Assembly: GCF_965363235.1 (NCBI RefSeq)
Contig: NC_134842.1
Span: forward strand, 33,976,757 to 34,040,756
Reading direction: 5' to 3'
Source of the DNA: Mytilus galloprovincialis
Lineage: Eukaryota
DNA: 64,000 nucleotides
The notes under the pieces are model-generated. The model saw nothing but the letters and a program-made list of their open reading frames with translations. It had not been told where the DNA came from and made no database searches. Of this stretch, positions 35,801-50,800 are shown piece by piece. The translations under genes were made by a program, and so were the position numbers. Every line of letters starts with the position of its first letter. The stretch's first letter is position 1.

Positions 35801-38800
35801 CTTGTAACATCCAGGCTTCATATTTGATCATATCTCAGCAAGGATTTGAGCAAAAAGAAGCATATTTCCATCTCCAATATCATTTATATGCAATTTAATA
35901 TGGAAATATAGGGAACGGCCCAAATTGACAACTTGTTATTTTAAGCTTGACATTGCTTAAGACCATGTAAAACTCATGTGTTATGCTCTTTGAAACTTAT
36001 ATTTACATCAAAAGAACATTTATGATATGTAAAATGTTTTGTTTTAACTTAACAACTTCAGAAAATTGTTGTAAGTGGAAAATATTACATTTCATATAAG
36101 GCCTCACTTCATTTGAAAACCTCTATTTTTTGGCATAGGCACATATAAAATTAACTTTTGTCAAATTTTTATAAGTCTCATACATTAAGTATGCTATCAT
36201 GTACTTTGAATAGCTAATATATTATCCATTGAGACATTAAAAAGTGCAATTTGGTGTTTTTTGGGGATTTTTGAAGCCAAAATTTGAAAGTTGAAATTGT
36301 TCTATTTCAACGTCACAATTCAGCAACCAAAGTTGAGATATAAAAAATGCCACATTTTCTATAATATATATCATATGGCTTTGAAACTTTGTAAACTGAC
36401 TCATAATACACTAAGCTTAACTCATGCCAAGTTTTATTGGAATTGGTCAAGTTTTTGGCCCCTAATAGGTGCATTTCAGCAAATTTTGAATTTATACTTT
36501 GACAACTTCTCTGAATGATCTATTGGTATTGATTTGTCAAACTATATGAGAAGAAATGATTTCCACTTTTATTTGATAGAAATTTGTAAAAAAAGTCACT
36601 TTTCAGCTGATATGCCCAAAAAGTAGCTTTTTCACTTTTTTCAATATTTTTGCAAAAGCAGTATCCTTAATTTTTCTCTGACATTTTTTTTCTGATATTT
36701 ATTTGTGTTTGTGGTATTTATTTCATGTGTTTTACTCATTTGTGAACTCTGAACACAAAGAAAAGTGGATAAAAGCATTAAAAGAGTGCAAAATGTGCTG
36801 TTTTAATAGTCTAGGTCTAACGGTCCGTACGAAGCAAGTGAAATATGAAGTTCTATGCACTTAAAAATTTTATTTCTTTAAACAGATTGCACTGAATCTA
36901 TATCAAAAGCACTTATTACTGGTTGTTTAAACTTGTCTGTTTCACAGAATACCTTTATTTTCTTCTGTTGGATGGCTGGTGGTTAAAATTTTGGCATTTT
37001 AAGACTGAAATTTCATGCAGATTTTAAACAGTAAATTGAAAAAACTTTGCATCAGACCATACTGTCTACATATATAGTTAAAAGCAACAGTCTTGTAACA
37101 TCCAGGCTTCATATTTGATCATATCTCAGCAAGGATTTGAGCAAAAAGAAGCATATTTCCATCTCCAATATCATTTATATGCAATTTAATATGGAAATAT
37201 AGGGAACGGCCCAAATTGACAACTTGTTATTTTAAGCTTGACATTGCTTAAGACCATGTAAAACTCATGTGTTATGCTCTTTGAAACTTATATTTACATC
37301 AAAAGAACATTTATGATATGTAAAATGTTTTGTTTTAACTTAACAACTTCAGAAAATTGTTGTAAGTGGAAAATATTACATTTCATATAAGGCCTCACTT
37401 CATTTGAAAACCTCTATTTTTTGGCATAGGCACATATAAAATTAACTTTTGTCAAATTTTTATAAGTCTCATACATTAAGTATGCTATCATGTACTTTGA
37501 ATAGCTAATATATTATCCATTGAGACATTAAAAAGTGCAATTTGGTGTTTTTTGGGGATTTTTGAAGCCAAAATTTGAAAGTTGAAATTGTTCTATTTCA
37601 ACGTCACAATTCAGCAACCAAAGTTGAGATATAAAAAATGCCACATTTTCTATAATATATATCATATGGCTTTGAAACTTTGTAAACTGACTCATAATAC
37701 ACTAAGCTTAACTCATGCCAAGTTTTATTGGAATTGGTCAAGTTTTTGGCCCCTAATAGGCCCAAGACCACAATTAATGACCCCGCTTTTCGTTGTTCAC
37801 GAATATAGTTCCCTTTAATTATAGTGTATTTTTTCTTTATTTTTTTTTCTTTCCCTTTCTCATTCATTTCTTAGCTTTTCTGGGGTGGAAATGAAAGAAG
37901 AGAGCTGAAATAAACTTCTGGATGGTTTATTTTAACTGATTTTAATAAGGAAAGAGTGATTAGGCCAGGTGCAAAAAGGTTATATTTACACTTTTCGGAA
38001 CATCTCTTGACTTGCCTATAGGGGTATGGATGTGTATTGGCCAAATTTGTATGATGTAAAGATGCAATTTTTCTGAAAATTGCATATATTTTTGGACTTG
38101 TACTGTACATTACACACACAAAAAATTAGACAAAAAGAATAGGCAATTTTTTTTTAATGCGACAAAACGTTATAAAGAAATGATAGAGGAATTAATTGTG
38201 GTCTCGGGCCTAAGAGGTGCATTTCAGCAAATTTTGAATTTATACTTTGACAACTTCTCTGAATGATCTATTGGTATTGATTTGTCAAACTATATGAGAA
38301 GAAATGATTTCCACTTTTATTTGATAGAAATTTGTAAAAAAAGTCACTTTTCAGCTGATATGCCCAAAAAGTAGCTTTTTCACTTTTTTCAATATTTTTG
38401 CAAAAGCAGTATCCTTAATTTTTCTCTGACATTTTTTTTCTGATATTTATTTGTGTTTGTGGTATTTATTTCATGTGTTTTACTCATTTGTGAACTCTGA
38501 ACACAAAGAAAAGTGGATAAAAGCATTAAAAGAGTGCAAAATGTGCTGTTTTAATAGTCTAGGTCTAACGGTCCGTACGAAGCAAGTGAAATATGAAGTT
38601 CTATGCACTTAAAAATTTTATTTCTTTAAACAGATTGCACTGAATCTATATCAAAAGCACTTATTACTGGTTGTTTAAACTTGTCTGTTTCACAGAATAC
38701 CTTTATTTTCTTCTGTTGGATGGCTGGTGGTTAAAATTTTGGCATTTTAAGACTGAAATTTCATGCAGATTTTAAACAGTAAATTGAAAAAACTTTGCAT

Positions 38801-41800
38801 CAGACCATACTGTCTACATATATAGTTAAAAGCAACAGTCTTGTAACATCCAGGCTTCATATTTGATCATATCTCAGCAAGGATTTGAGCAAAAAGAAGC
38901 ATATTTCCATCTCCAATATCATTTATATGCAATTTAATATGGAAATATAGGGAACGGCCCAAATTGACAACTTGTTATTTTAAGCTTGACATTGCTTAAG
39001 ACCATGTAAAACTCATGTGTTATGCTCTTTGAAACTTATATTTACATCAAAAGAACATTTATGATATGTAAAATGTTTTGTTTTAACTTAACAACTTCAG
39101 AAAATTGTTGTAAGTGGAAAATATTACATTTCATATAAGGCCTCACTTCATTTGAAAACCTCTATTTTTTGGCATAGGCACATATAAAATTAACTTTTGT
39201 CAAATTTTTATAAGTCTCATACATTAAGTATGCTATCATGTACTTTGAATAGCTAATATATTATCCATTGAGACATTAAAAAGTGCAATTTGGTGTTTTT
39301 TGGGGATTTTTGAAGCCAAAATTTGAAAGTTGAAATTGTTCTATTTCAACGTCACAATTCAGCAACCAAAGTTGAGATATAAAAAATGCCACATTTTCTA
39401 TAATATATATCATATGGCTTTGAAACTTTGTAAACTGACTCATAATACACTAAGCTTAACTCATGCCAAGTTTTATTGGAATTGGTCAAGTTTTTGGCCC
39501 CTAATAGGCCCAAGACCACAATTAATGACCCCGCTTTTCGTTGTTCACGAATATAGTTCCCTTTAATTATAGTGTATTTTTTCTTTATTTTTTTTTCTTT
39601 CCCTTTCTCATTCATTTCTTAGCTTTTCTGGGGTGGAAATGAAAGAAGAGAGCTGAAATAAACTTCTGGATGGTTTATTTTAACTGATTTTAATAAGGAA
39701 AGAGTGATTAGGCCAGGTGCAAAAAGGTTATATTTACACTTTTCGGAACATCTCTTGACTTGCCTATAGGGGTATGGATGTGTATTGGCCAAATTTGTAT
39801 GATGTAAAGATGCAATTTTTCTGAAAATTGCATATATTTTTGGACTTGTACTGTACATTACACACACAAAAAATTAGACAAAAAGAATAGGCAATTTTTT
39901 TTTAATGCGACAAAACGTTATAAAGAAATGATAGAGGAATTAATTGTGGTCTCGGGCCTAAGAGGTGCATTTCAGCAAATTTTGAATTTATACTTTGACA
40001 ACTTCTCTGAATGATCTATTGGTATTGATTTGTCAAACTATATGAGAAGAAATGATTTCCACTTTTATTTGATAGAAATTTGTAAAAAAAGTCACTTTTC
40101 AGCTGATATGCCCAAAAAGTAGCTTTTTCACTTTTTTCAATATTTTTGCAAAAGCAGTATCCTTAATTTTTCTCTGACATTTTTTTTCTGATATTTATTT
40201 GTGTTTGTGGTATTTATTTCATGTGTTTTACTCATTTGTGAACTCTGAACACAAAGAAAAGTGGATAAAAGCATTAAAAGAGTGCAAAATGTGCTGTTTT
40301 AATAGTCTAGGTCTAACGGTCAGTACGAAGCAAGTGAAATATGAAGTTCTATGCACTTAAAAATTTTATTTCTTTAAACAGATTGCACTGAATCTATATC
40401 AAAAGCACTTATTACTGGTTGTTTAAACTTGTCTGTTTCACAGAATACCTTTATTTTCTTCTGTTGGATGGCTGGTGGTTAAAATTTTGGCATTTTAAGA
40501 CTGAAATTTCATGCAGATTTTAAACAGTAAATTGAAAAAAACTTTGCATCAGACCATACTGTCTACATATATAGTTAAAAGCAACAGTCTTGTAACATCC
40601 AGGCTTCATATTTGATCATATCTCAGCAAGGATTTGAGCAAAAAGAAGCATATTTCCATCTCCAATATCATTTATATGCAATTTAATATGGAAATATAGG
40701 GAACGGCCCAAATTGACAACTTGTTATTTTAAGCTTGACATTGCTTAAGACCATGTAAAACTCATGTGTTATGCTCTTTGAAACTTATATTTACATCAAA
40801 AGAACATTTATGATATGTAAAATGTTTTGTTTTAACTTAACAACTTCAGAAAATTGTTGTAAGTGGAAAATATTACATTTCATATAAGGCCTCACTTCAT
40901 TTGAAAACCTCTATTTTTTGGCATAGGCACATATAAAATTAACTTTTGTCAAATTTTTATAAGTCTCATACATTAAGTATGCTATCATGTACTTTGAATA
41001 GCTAATATATTATCCATTGAGACATTAAAAAGTGCAATTTGGTGTTTTTTGGGGATTTTTGAAGCCAAAATTTGAAAGTTGAAATTGTTCTATTTCAACG
41101 TCACAATTCAGCAACCAAAGTTGAGATATAAAAAATGCCACATTTTCTATAATATATATCATATGGCTTTGAAACTTTGTAAACTGACTCATAATACACT
41201 AAGCTTAACTCATGCCAAGTTTTATTGGAATTGGTCAAGTTTTTGGCCCCTAATAGGTGCATTTCAGCAAATTTTGAATTTATACTTTGACAACTTCTCT
41301 GAATGATCTATTGGTATTGATTTGTCAAACTATATGAGAAGAAATGATTTCCACTTTTATTTGATAGAAATTTGTAAAAAAAGTCACTTTTCAGCTGATA
41401 TGCCCAAAAAGTAGCTTTTTCACTTTTTTCAATATTTTTGCAAAAGCAGTATCCTTAATTTTTCTCTGACATTTTTTTTCTGATATTTATTTGTGTTTGT
41501 GGTATTTATTTCATGTGTTTTACTCATTTGTGAACTCTGAACACAAAGAAAAGTGGATAAAAGCATTAAAAGAGTGCAAAATGTGCTGTTTTAATAGTCT
41601 AGGTCTAACGGTCCGTACGAAGCAAGTGAAATATGAAGTTCTATGCACTTAAAAATTTTATTTCTTTAAACAGATTGCACTGAATCTATATCAAAAGCAC
41701 TTATTACTGGTTGTTTAAACTTGTCTGTTTCACAGAATACCTTTATTTTCTTCTGTTGGATGGCTGGTGGTTAAAATTTTGGCATTTTAAGACTGAAATT

Positions 41801-44800
41801 TCATGCAGATTTTAAACAGTAAATTGAAAAAACTTTGCATCAGACCATACTGTCTACATATATAGTTAAAAGCAACAGTCTTGTAACATCCAGGCTTCAT
41901 ATTTGATCATATCTCAGCAAGGATTTGAGCAAAAAGAAGCATATTTCCATCTCCAATATCATTTATATGCAATTTAATATGGAAATATAGGGAACGGCCC
42001 AAATTGACAACTTGTTATTTTAAGCTTGACATTGCTTAAGACCATGTAAAACTCATGTGTTATGCTCTTTGAAACTTATATTTACATCAAAAGAACATTT
42101 ATGATATGTAAAATGTTTTGTTTTAACTTAACAACTTCAGAAAATTGTTGTAAGTGGAAAATATTACATTTCATATAAGGCCTCACTTCATTTGAAAACC
42201 TCTATTTTTTGGCATAGGCACATATAAAATTAACTTTTGTCAAATTTTTATAAGTCTCATACATTAAGTATGCTATCATGTACTTTGAATAGCTAATATA
42301 TTATCCATTGAGACATTAAAAAGTGCAATTTGGTGTTTTTTGGGGATTTTTGAAGCCAAAATTTGAAAGTTGAAATTGTTCTATTTCAACGTCACAATTC
42401 AGCAACCAAAGTTGAGATATAAAAAATGCCACATTTTCTATAATATATATCATATGGCTTTGAAACTTTGTAAACTGACTCATAATACACTAAGCTTAAC
42501 TCATGCCAAGTTTTATTGGAATTGGTCAAGTTTTTGGCCCCTAATAGGCCCAAGACCACAATTAATGACCCCGCTTTTCGTTGTTCACGAATATAGTTCC
42601 CTTTAATTATAGTGTATTTTTTCTTTATTTTTTTTTTCTTTCCCTTTCTCATTCATTTCTTAGCTTTTCTGGGGTGGAAATGAAAGAAGAGAGCTGAAAT
42701 AAACTTCTGGATGGTTTATTTTAACTGATTTTAATAAGGAAAGAGTGATTAGGCCAGGTGCAAAAAGGTTATATTTACACTTTTCGGAACATCTCTTGAC
42801 TTGCCTATAGGGGTATGGATGTGTATTGGCCAAATTTGTATGATGTAAAGATGCAATTTTTCTGAAAATTGCATATATTTTTGGACTTGTACTGTACATT
42901 ACACACACAAAAAATTAGACAAAAAGAATAGGCAATTTTTTTTTAATGCGACAAAACGTTATAAAGAAATGATAGAGGAATTAATTGTGGTCTCGGGCCT
43001 AAGAGGTGCATTTCAGCAAATTTTGAATTTATACTTTGACAACTTCTCTGAATGATCTATTGGTATTGATTTGTCAAACTATATGAGAAGAAATGATTTC
43101 CACTTTTATTTGATAGAAATTTGTAAAAAAAGTCACTTTTCAGCTGATATGCCCAAAAAGTAGCTTTTTCACTTTTTTCAATATTTTTGCAAAAGCAGTA
43201 TCCTTAATTTTTCTCTGACATTTTTTTTCTGATATTTATTTGTGTTTGTGGTATTTATTTCATGTGTTTTACTCATTTGTGAACTCTGAACACAAAGAAA
43301 AGTGGATAAAAGCATTAAAAGAGTGCAAAATGTGCTGTTTTAATAGTCTAGGTCTAACGGTCCGTACGAAGCAAGTGAAATATGAAGTTCTATGCACTTA
43401 AAAATTTTATTTCTTTAAACAGATTGCACTGAATCTATATCAAAAGCACTTATTACTGGTTGTTTAAACTTGTCTGTTTCACAGAATACCTTTATTTTCT
43501 TCTGTTGGATGGCTGGTGGTTAAAATTTTGGCATTTTAAGACTGAAATTTCATGCAGATTTTAAACAGTAAATTGAAAAAACTTTGCATCAGACCATACT
43601 GTCTACATATATAGTTAAAAGCAACAGTCTTGTAACATCCAGGCTTCATATTTGATCATATCTCAGCAAGGATTTGAGCAAAAAGAAGCATATTTCCATC
43701 TCCAATATCATTTATATGCAATTTAATATGGAAATATAGGGAACGGCCCAAATTGACAACTTGTTATTTTAAGCTTGACATTGCTTAAGACCATGTAAAA
43801 CTCATGTGTTATGCTCTTTGAAACTTATATTTACATCAAAAGAACATTTATGATATGTAAAATGTTTTGTTTTAACTTAACAACTTCAGAAAATTGTTGT
43901 AAGTGGAAAATATTACATTTCATATAAGGCCTCACTTCATTTGAAAACCTCTATTTTTTGGCATAGGCACATATAAAATTAACTTTTGTCAAATTTTTAT
44001 AAGTCTCATACATTAAGTATGCTATCATGTACTTTGAATAGCTAATATATTATCCATTGAGACATTAAAAAGTGCAATTTGGTGTTTTTTGGGGATTTTT
44101 GAAGCCAAAATTTGAAAGTTGAAATTGTTCTATTTCAACGTCACAATTCAGCAACCAAAGTTGAGATATAAAAAATGCCACATTTTCTATAATATATATC
44201 ATATGGCTTTGAAACTTTGTAAACTGACTCATAATACACTAAGCTTAACTCATGCCAAGTTTTATTGGAATTGGTCAAGTTTTTGGCCCCTAATAGGTGC
44301 ATTTCAGCAAATTTTGAATTTATACTTTGACAACTTCTCTGAATGATCTATTGGTATTGATTTGTCAAACTATATGAGAAGAAATGATTTCCACTTTTAT
44401 TTGATAGAAATTTGTAAAAAAAGTCACTTTTCAGCTGATATGCCCAAAAAGTAGCTTTTTCACTTTTTTCAATATTTTTGCAAAAGCAGTATCCTTAATT
44501 TTTCTCTGACATTTTTTTTCTGATATTTATTTGTGTTTGTGGTATTTATTTCATGTGTTTTACTCATTTGTGAACTCTGAACACAAAGAAAAGTGGATAA
44601 AAGCATTAAAAGAGTGCAAAATGTGCTGTTTTAATAGTCTAGGTCTAACGGTCCGTACGAAGCAAGTGAAATATGAAGTTCTATGCACTTAAAAATTTTA
44701 TTTCTTTAAACAGATTGCACTGAATCTATATCAAAAGCACTTATTACTGGTTGTTTAAACTTGTCTGTTTCACAGAATACCTTTATTTTCTTCTGTTGGA

Positions 44801-47800
44801 TGGCTGGTGGTTAAAATTTTGGCATTTTAAGACTGAAATTTCATGCAGATTTTAAACAGTAAATTGAAAAAACTTTGCATCAGACCATACTGTCTACATA
44901 TATAGTTAAAAGCAACAGTCTTGTAACATCCAGGCTTCATATTTGATCATATCTCAGCAAGGATTTGAGCAAAAAGAAGCATATTTCCATCTCCAATATC
45001 ATTTATATGCAATTTAATATGGAAATATAGGGAACGGCCCAAATTGACAACTTGTTATTTTAAGCTTGACATTGCTTAAGACCATGTAAAACTCATGTGT
45101 TATGCTCTTTGAAACTTATATTTACATCAAAAGAACATTTATGATATGTAAAATGTTTTGTTTTAACTTAACAACTTCAGAAAATTGTTGTAAGTGGAAA
45201 ATATTACATTTCATATAAGGCCTCACTTCATTTGAAAACCTCTATTTTTTGGCATAGGCACATATAAAATTAACTTTTGTCAAATTTTTATAAGTCTCAT
45301 ACATTAAGTATGCTATCATGTACTTTGAATAGCTAATATATTATCCATTGAGACATTAAAAAGTGCAATTTGGTGTTTTTTGGGGATTTTTGAAGCCAAA
45401 ATTTGAAAGTTGAAATTGTTCTATTTCAACGTCACAATTCAGCAACCAAAGTTGAGATATAAAAAATGCCACATTTTCTATAATATATATCATATGGCTT
45501 TGAAACTTTGTAAACTGACTCATAATACACTAAGCTTAACTCATGCCAAGTTTTATTGGAATTGGTCAAGTTTTTGGCCCCTAATAGGCCCAAGACCACA
45601 ATTAATGACCCCGCTTTTCGTTGTTCACGAATATAGTTCCCTTTAATTATAGTGTATTTTTTCTTTATTTTTTTTTCTTTCCCTTTCTCATTCATTTCTT
45701 AGCTTTTCTGGGGTGGAAATGAAAGAAGAGAGCTGAAATAAACTTCTGGATGGTTTATTTTAACTGATTTTAATAAGGAAAGAGTGATTAGGCCAGGTGC
45801 AAAAAGGTTATATTTACACTTTTCGGAACATCTCTTGACTTGCCTATAGGGGTATGGATGTGTATTGGCCAAATTTGTATGATGTAAAGATGCAATTTTT
45901 CTGAAAATTGCATATATTTTTGGACTTGTACTGTACATTACACACACAAAAAATTAGACAAAAAGAATAGGCAATTTTTTTTTAATGCGACAAAACGTTA
46001 TAAAGAAATGATAGAGGAATTAATTGTGGTCTCGGGCCTAAGAGGTGCATTTCAGCAAATTTTGAATTTATACTTTGACAACTTCTCTGAATGATCTATT
46101 GGTATTGATTTGTCAAACTATATGAGAAGAAATGATTTCCACTTTTATTTGATAGAAATTTGTAAAAAAAAGTCACTTTTCAGCTGATATGCCCAAAAAG
46201 TAGCTTTTTCACTTTTTTCAATATTTTTGCAAAAGCAGTATCCTTAATTTTTCTCTGACATTTTTTTTCTGATATTTATTTGTGTTTGTGGTATTTATTT
46301 CATGTGTTTTACTCATTTGTGAACTCTGAACACAAAGAAAAGTGGATAAAAGCATTAAAAGAGTGCAAAATGTGCTGTTTTAATAGTCTAGGTCTAACGG
46401 TCCGTACGAAGCAAGTGAAATATGAAGTTCTATGCACTTAAAAATTTTATTTCTTTAAACAGATTGCACTGAATCTATATCAAAAGCACTTATTACTGGT
46501 TGTTTAAACTTGTCTGTTTCACAGAATACCTTTATTTTCTTCTGTTGGATGGCTGGTGGTTAAAATTTTGGCATTTTAAGACTGAAATTTCATGCAGATT
46601 TTAAACAGTAAATTGAAAAAACTTTGCATCAGACCATACTGTCTACATATATAGTTAAAAGCAACAGTCTTGTAACATCCAGGCTTCATATTTGATCATA
46701 TCTCAGCAAGGATTTGAGCAAAAAGAAGCATATTTCCATCTCCAATATCATTTATATGCAATTTAATATGGAAATATAGGGAACGGCCCAAATTGACAAC
46801 TTGTTATTTTAAGCTTGACATTGCTTAAGACCATGTAAAACTCATGTGTTATGCTCTTTGAAACTTATATTTACATCAAAAGAACATTTATGATATGTAA
46901 AATGTTTTGTTTTAACTTAACAACTTCAGAAAATTGTTGTAAGTGGAAAATATTACATTTCATATAAGGCCTCACTTCATTTGAAAACCTCTATTTTTTG
47001 GCATAGGCACATATAAAATTAACTTTTGTCAAATTTTTATAAGTCTCATACATTAAGTATGCTATCATGTACTTTGAATAGCTAATATATTATCCATTGA
47101 GACATTAAAAAGTGCAATTTGGTGTTTTTTGGGGATTTTTGAAGCCAAAATTTGAAAGTTGAAATTGTTCTATTTCAACGTCACAATTCAGCAACCAAAG
47201 TTGAGATATAAAAAATGCCACATTTTCTATAATATATATCATATGGCTTTGAAACTTTGTAAACTGACTCATAATACACTAAGCTTAACTCATGCCAAGT
47301 TTTATTGGAATTGGTCAAGTTTTTGGCCCCTAATAGGCCCAAGACCACAATTAATGACCCCGCTTTTCGTTGTTCACGAATATAGTTCCCTTTAATTATA
47401 GTGTATTTTTTCTTTATTTTTTTTTCTTTCCCTTTCTCATTCATTTCTTAGCTTTTCTGGGGTGGAAATGAAAGAAGAGAGCTGAAATAAACTTCTGGAT
47501 GGTTTATTTTAACTGATTTTAATAAGGAAAGAGTGATTAGGCCAGGTGCAAAAAGGTTATATTTACACTTTTCGGAACATCTCTTGACTTGCCTATAGGG
47601 GTATGGATGTGTATTGGCCAAATTTGTATGATGTAAAGATGCAATTTTTCTGAAAATTGCATATATTTTTGGACTTGTACTGTACATTACACACACAAAA
47701 AATTAGACAAAAAGAATAGGCAATTTTTTTTTAATGCGACAAAACGTTATAAAGAAATGATAGAGGAATTAATTGTGGTCTCGGGCCTAAGAGGTGCATT

Positions 47801-50800
47801 TCAGCAAATTTTGAATTTATACTTTGACAACTTCTCTGAATGATCTATTGGTATTGATTTGTCAAACTATATGAGAAGAAATGATTTCCACTTTTATTTG
47901 ATAGAAATTTGTAAAAAAAGTCACTTTTCAGCTGATATGCCCAAAAAGTAGCTTTTTCACTTTTTTCAATATTTTTGCAAAAGCAGTATCCTTAATTTTT
48001 CTCTGACATTTTTTTTCTGATATTTATTTGTGTTTGTGGTATTTATTTCATGTGTTTTACTCATTTGTGAACTCTGAACACAAAGAAAAGTGGATAAAAG
48101 CATTAAAAGAGTGCAAAATGTGCTGTTTTAATAGTCTAGGTCTAACGGTCCGTACGAAGCAAGTGAAATATGAAGTTCTATGCACTTAAAAATTTTATTT
48201 CTTTAAACAGATTGCACTGAATCTATATCAAAAGCACTTATTACTGGTTGTTTAAACTTGTCTGTTTCACAGAATACCTTTATTTTCTTCTGTTGGATGG
48301 CTGGTGGTTAAAATTTTGGCATTTTAAGACTGAAATTTCATGCAGATTTTAAACAGTAAATTGAAAAAACTTTGCATCAGACCATACTGTCTACATATAT
48401 AGTTAAAAGCAACAGTCTTGTAACATCCAGGCTTCATATTTGATCATATCTCAGCAAGGATTTGAGCAAAAAGAAGCATATTTCCATCTCCAATATCATT
48501 TATATGCAATTTAATATGGAAATATAGGGAACGGCCCAAATTGACAACTTGTTATTTTAAGCTTGACATTGCTTAAGACCATGTAAAACTCATGTGTTAT
48601 GCTCTTTGAAACTTATATTTACATCAAAAGAACATTTATGATATGTAAAATGTTTTGTTTTAACTTAACAACTTCAGAAAATTGTTGTAAGTGGAAAATA
48701 TTACATTTCATATAAGGCCTCACTTCATTCGAAAACCTCTATTTTTTGGCATAGGCACATATAAAATTAACTTTTGTCAAATTTTTATAAGTCTCATACA
48801 TTAAGTATGCTATCATGTACTTTGAATAGCTAATATATTATCCATTGAGACATTAAAAAGTGCAATTTGGTGTTTTTTGGGGATTTTTGAAGCCAAAATT
48901 TGAAAGTTGAAATTGTTCTATTTCAACGTCACAATTCAGCAACCAAAGTTGAGATATAAAAAATGCCACATTTTCTATAATATATATCATATGGCTTTGA
49001 AACTTTGTAAACTGACTCATAATACACTAAGCTTAACTCATGCCAAGTTTTATTGGAATTGGTCAAGTTTTTGGCCCCTAATAGGCCCAAGACCACAATT
49101 AATGACCCCGCTTTTCGTTGTTCACGAATATAGTTCCCTTTAATTATAGTGTATTTTTTCTTTATTTTTTTTTCTTTCCCTTTCTCATTCATTTCTTAGC
49201 TTTTCTGGGGTGGAAATGAAAGAAGAGAGCTGAAATAAACTTCTGGATGGTTTATTTTAACTGATTTTAATAAGGAAAGAGTGATTAGGCCAGGTGCAAA
49301 AAGGTTATATTTACACTTTTCGGAACATCTCTTGACTTGCCTATAGGGGTATGGATGTGTATTGGCCAAATTTGTATGATGTAAAGATGCAATTTTTCTG
49401 AAAATTGCATATATTTTTGGACTTGTACTGTACATTACACACACAAAAAATTAGACAAAAAGAATAGGCAATTTTTTTTTAATGCGACAAAACGTTATAA
49501 AGAAATGATAGAGGAATTAATTGTGGTCTCGGGCCTAAGAGGTGCATTTCAGCAAATTTTGAATTTATACTTTGACAACTTCTCTGAATGATCTATTGGT
49601 ATTGATTTGTCAAACTATATGAGAAGAAATGATTTCCACTTTTATTTGATAGAAATTTGTAAAAAAAGTCACTTTTCAGCTGATATGCCCAAAAAGTAGC
49701 TTTTTCACTTTTTTCAATATTTTTGCAAAAGCAGTATCCTTAATTTTTCTCTGACATTTTTTTTCTGATATTTATTTGTGTTTGTGGTATTTATTTCATG
49801 TGTTTTACTCATTTGTGAACTCTGAACACAAAGAAAAGTGGATAAAAGCATTAAAAGAGTGCAAAATGTGCTGTTTTAATAGTCTAGGTCTAACGGTCCG
49901 TACGAAGCAAGTGAAATATGAAGTTCTATGCACTTAAAAATTTTATTTCTTTAAACAGATTGCACTGAATCTATATCAAAAGCACTTATTACTGGTTGTT
50001 TAAACTTGTCTGTTTCACAGAATACCTTTATTTTCTTCTGTTGGATGGCTGGTGGTTAAAATTTTGGCATTTTAAGACTGAAATTTCATGCAGATTTTAA
50101 ACAGTAAATTGAAAAAACTTTGCATCAGACCATACTGTCTACATATATAGTTAAAAGCAACAGTCTTGTAACATCCAGGCTTCATATTTGATCATATCTC
50201 AGCAAGGATTTGAGCAAAAAGAAGCATATTTCCATCTCCAATATCATTTATATGCAATTTAATATGGAAATATAGGGAACGGCCCAAATTGACAACTTGT
50301 TATTTTAAGCTTGACATTGCTTAAGACCATGTAAAACTCATGTGTTATGCTCTTTGAAACTTATATTTACATCAAAAGAACATTTATGATATGTAAAATG
50401 TTTTGTTTTAACTTAACAACTTCAGAAAATTGTTGTAAGTGGAAAATATTACATTTCATATAAGGCCTCACTTCATTTGAAAACCTCTATTTTTTGGCAT
50501 AGGCACATATAAAATTAACTTTTGTCAAATTTTTATAAGTCTCATACATTAAGTATGCTATCATGTACTTTGAATAGCTAATATATTATCCATTGAGACA
50601 TTAAAAAGTGCAATTTGGTGTTTTTTGGGGATTTTTGAAGCCAAAATTTGAAAGTTGAAATTGTTCTATTTCAACGTCACAATTCAGCAACCAAAGTTGA
50701 GATATAAAAAATGCCACATTTTCTATAATATATATCATATGGCTTTGAAACTTTGTAAACTGACTCATAATACACTAAGCTTAACTCATGCCAAGTTTTA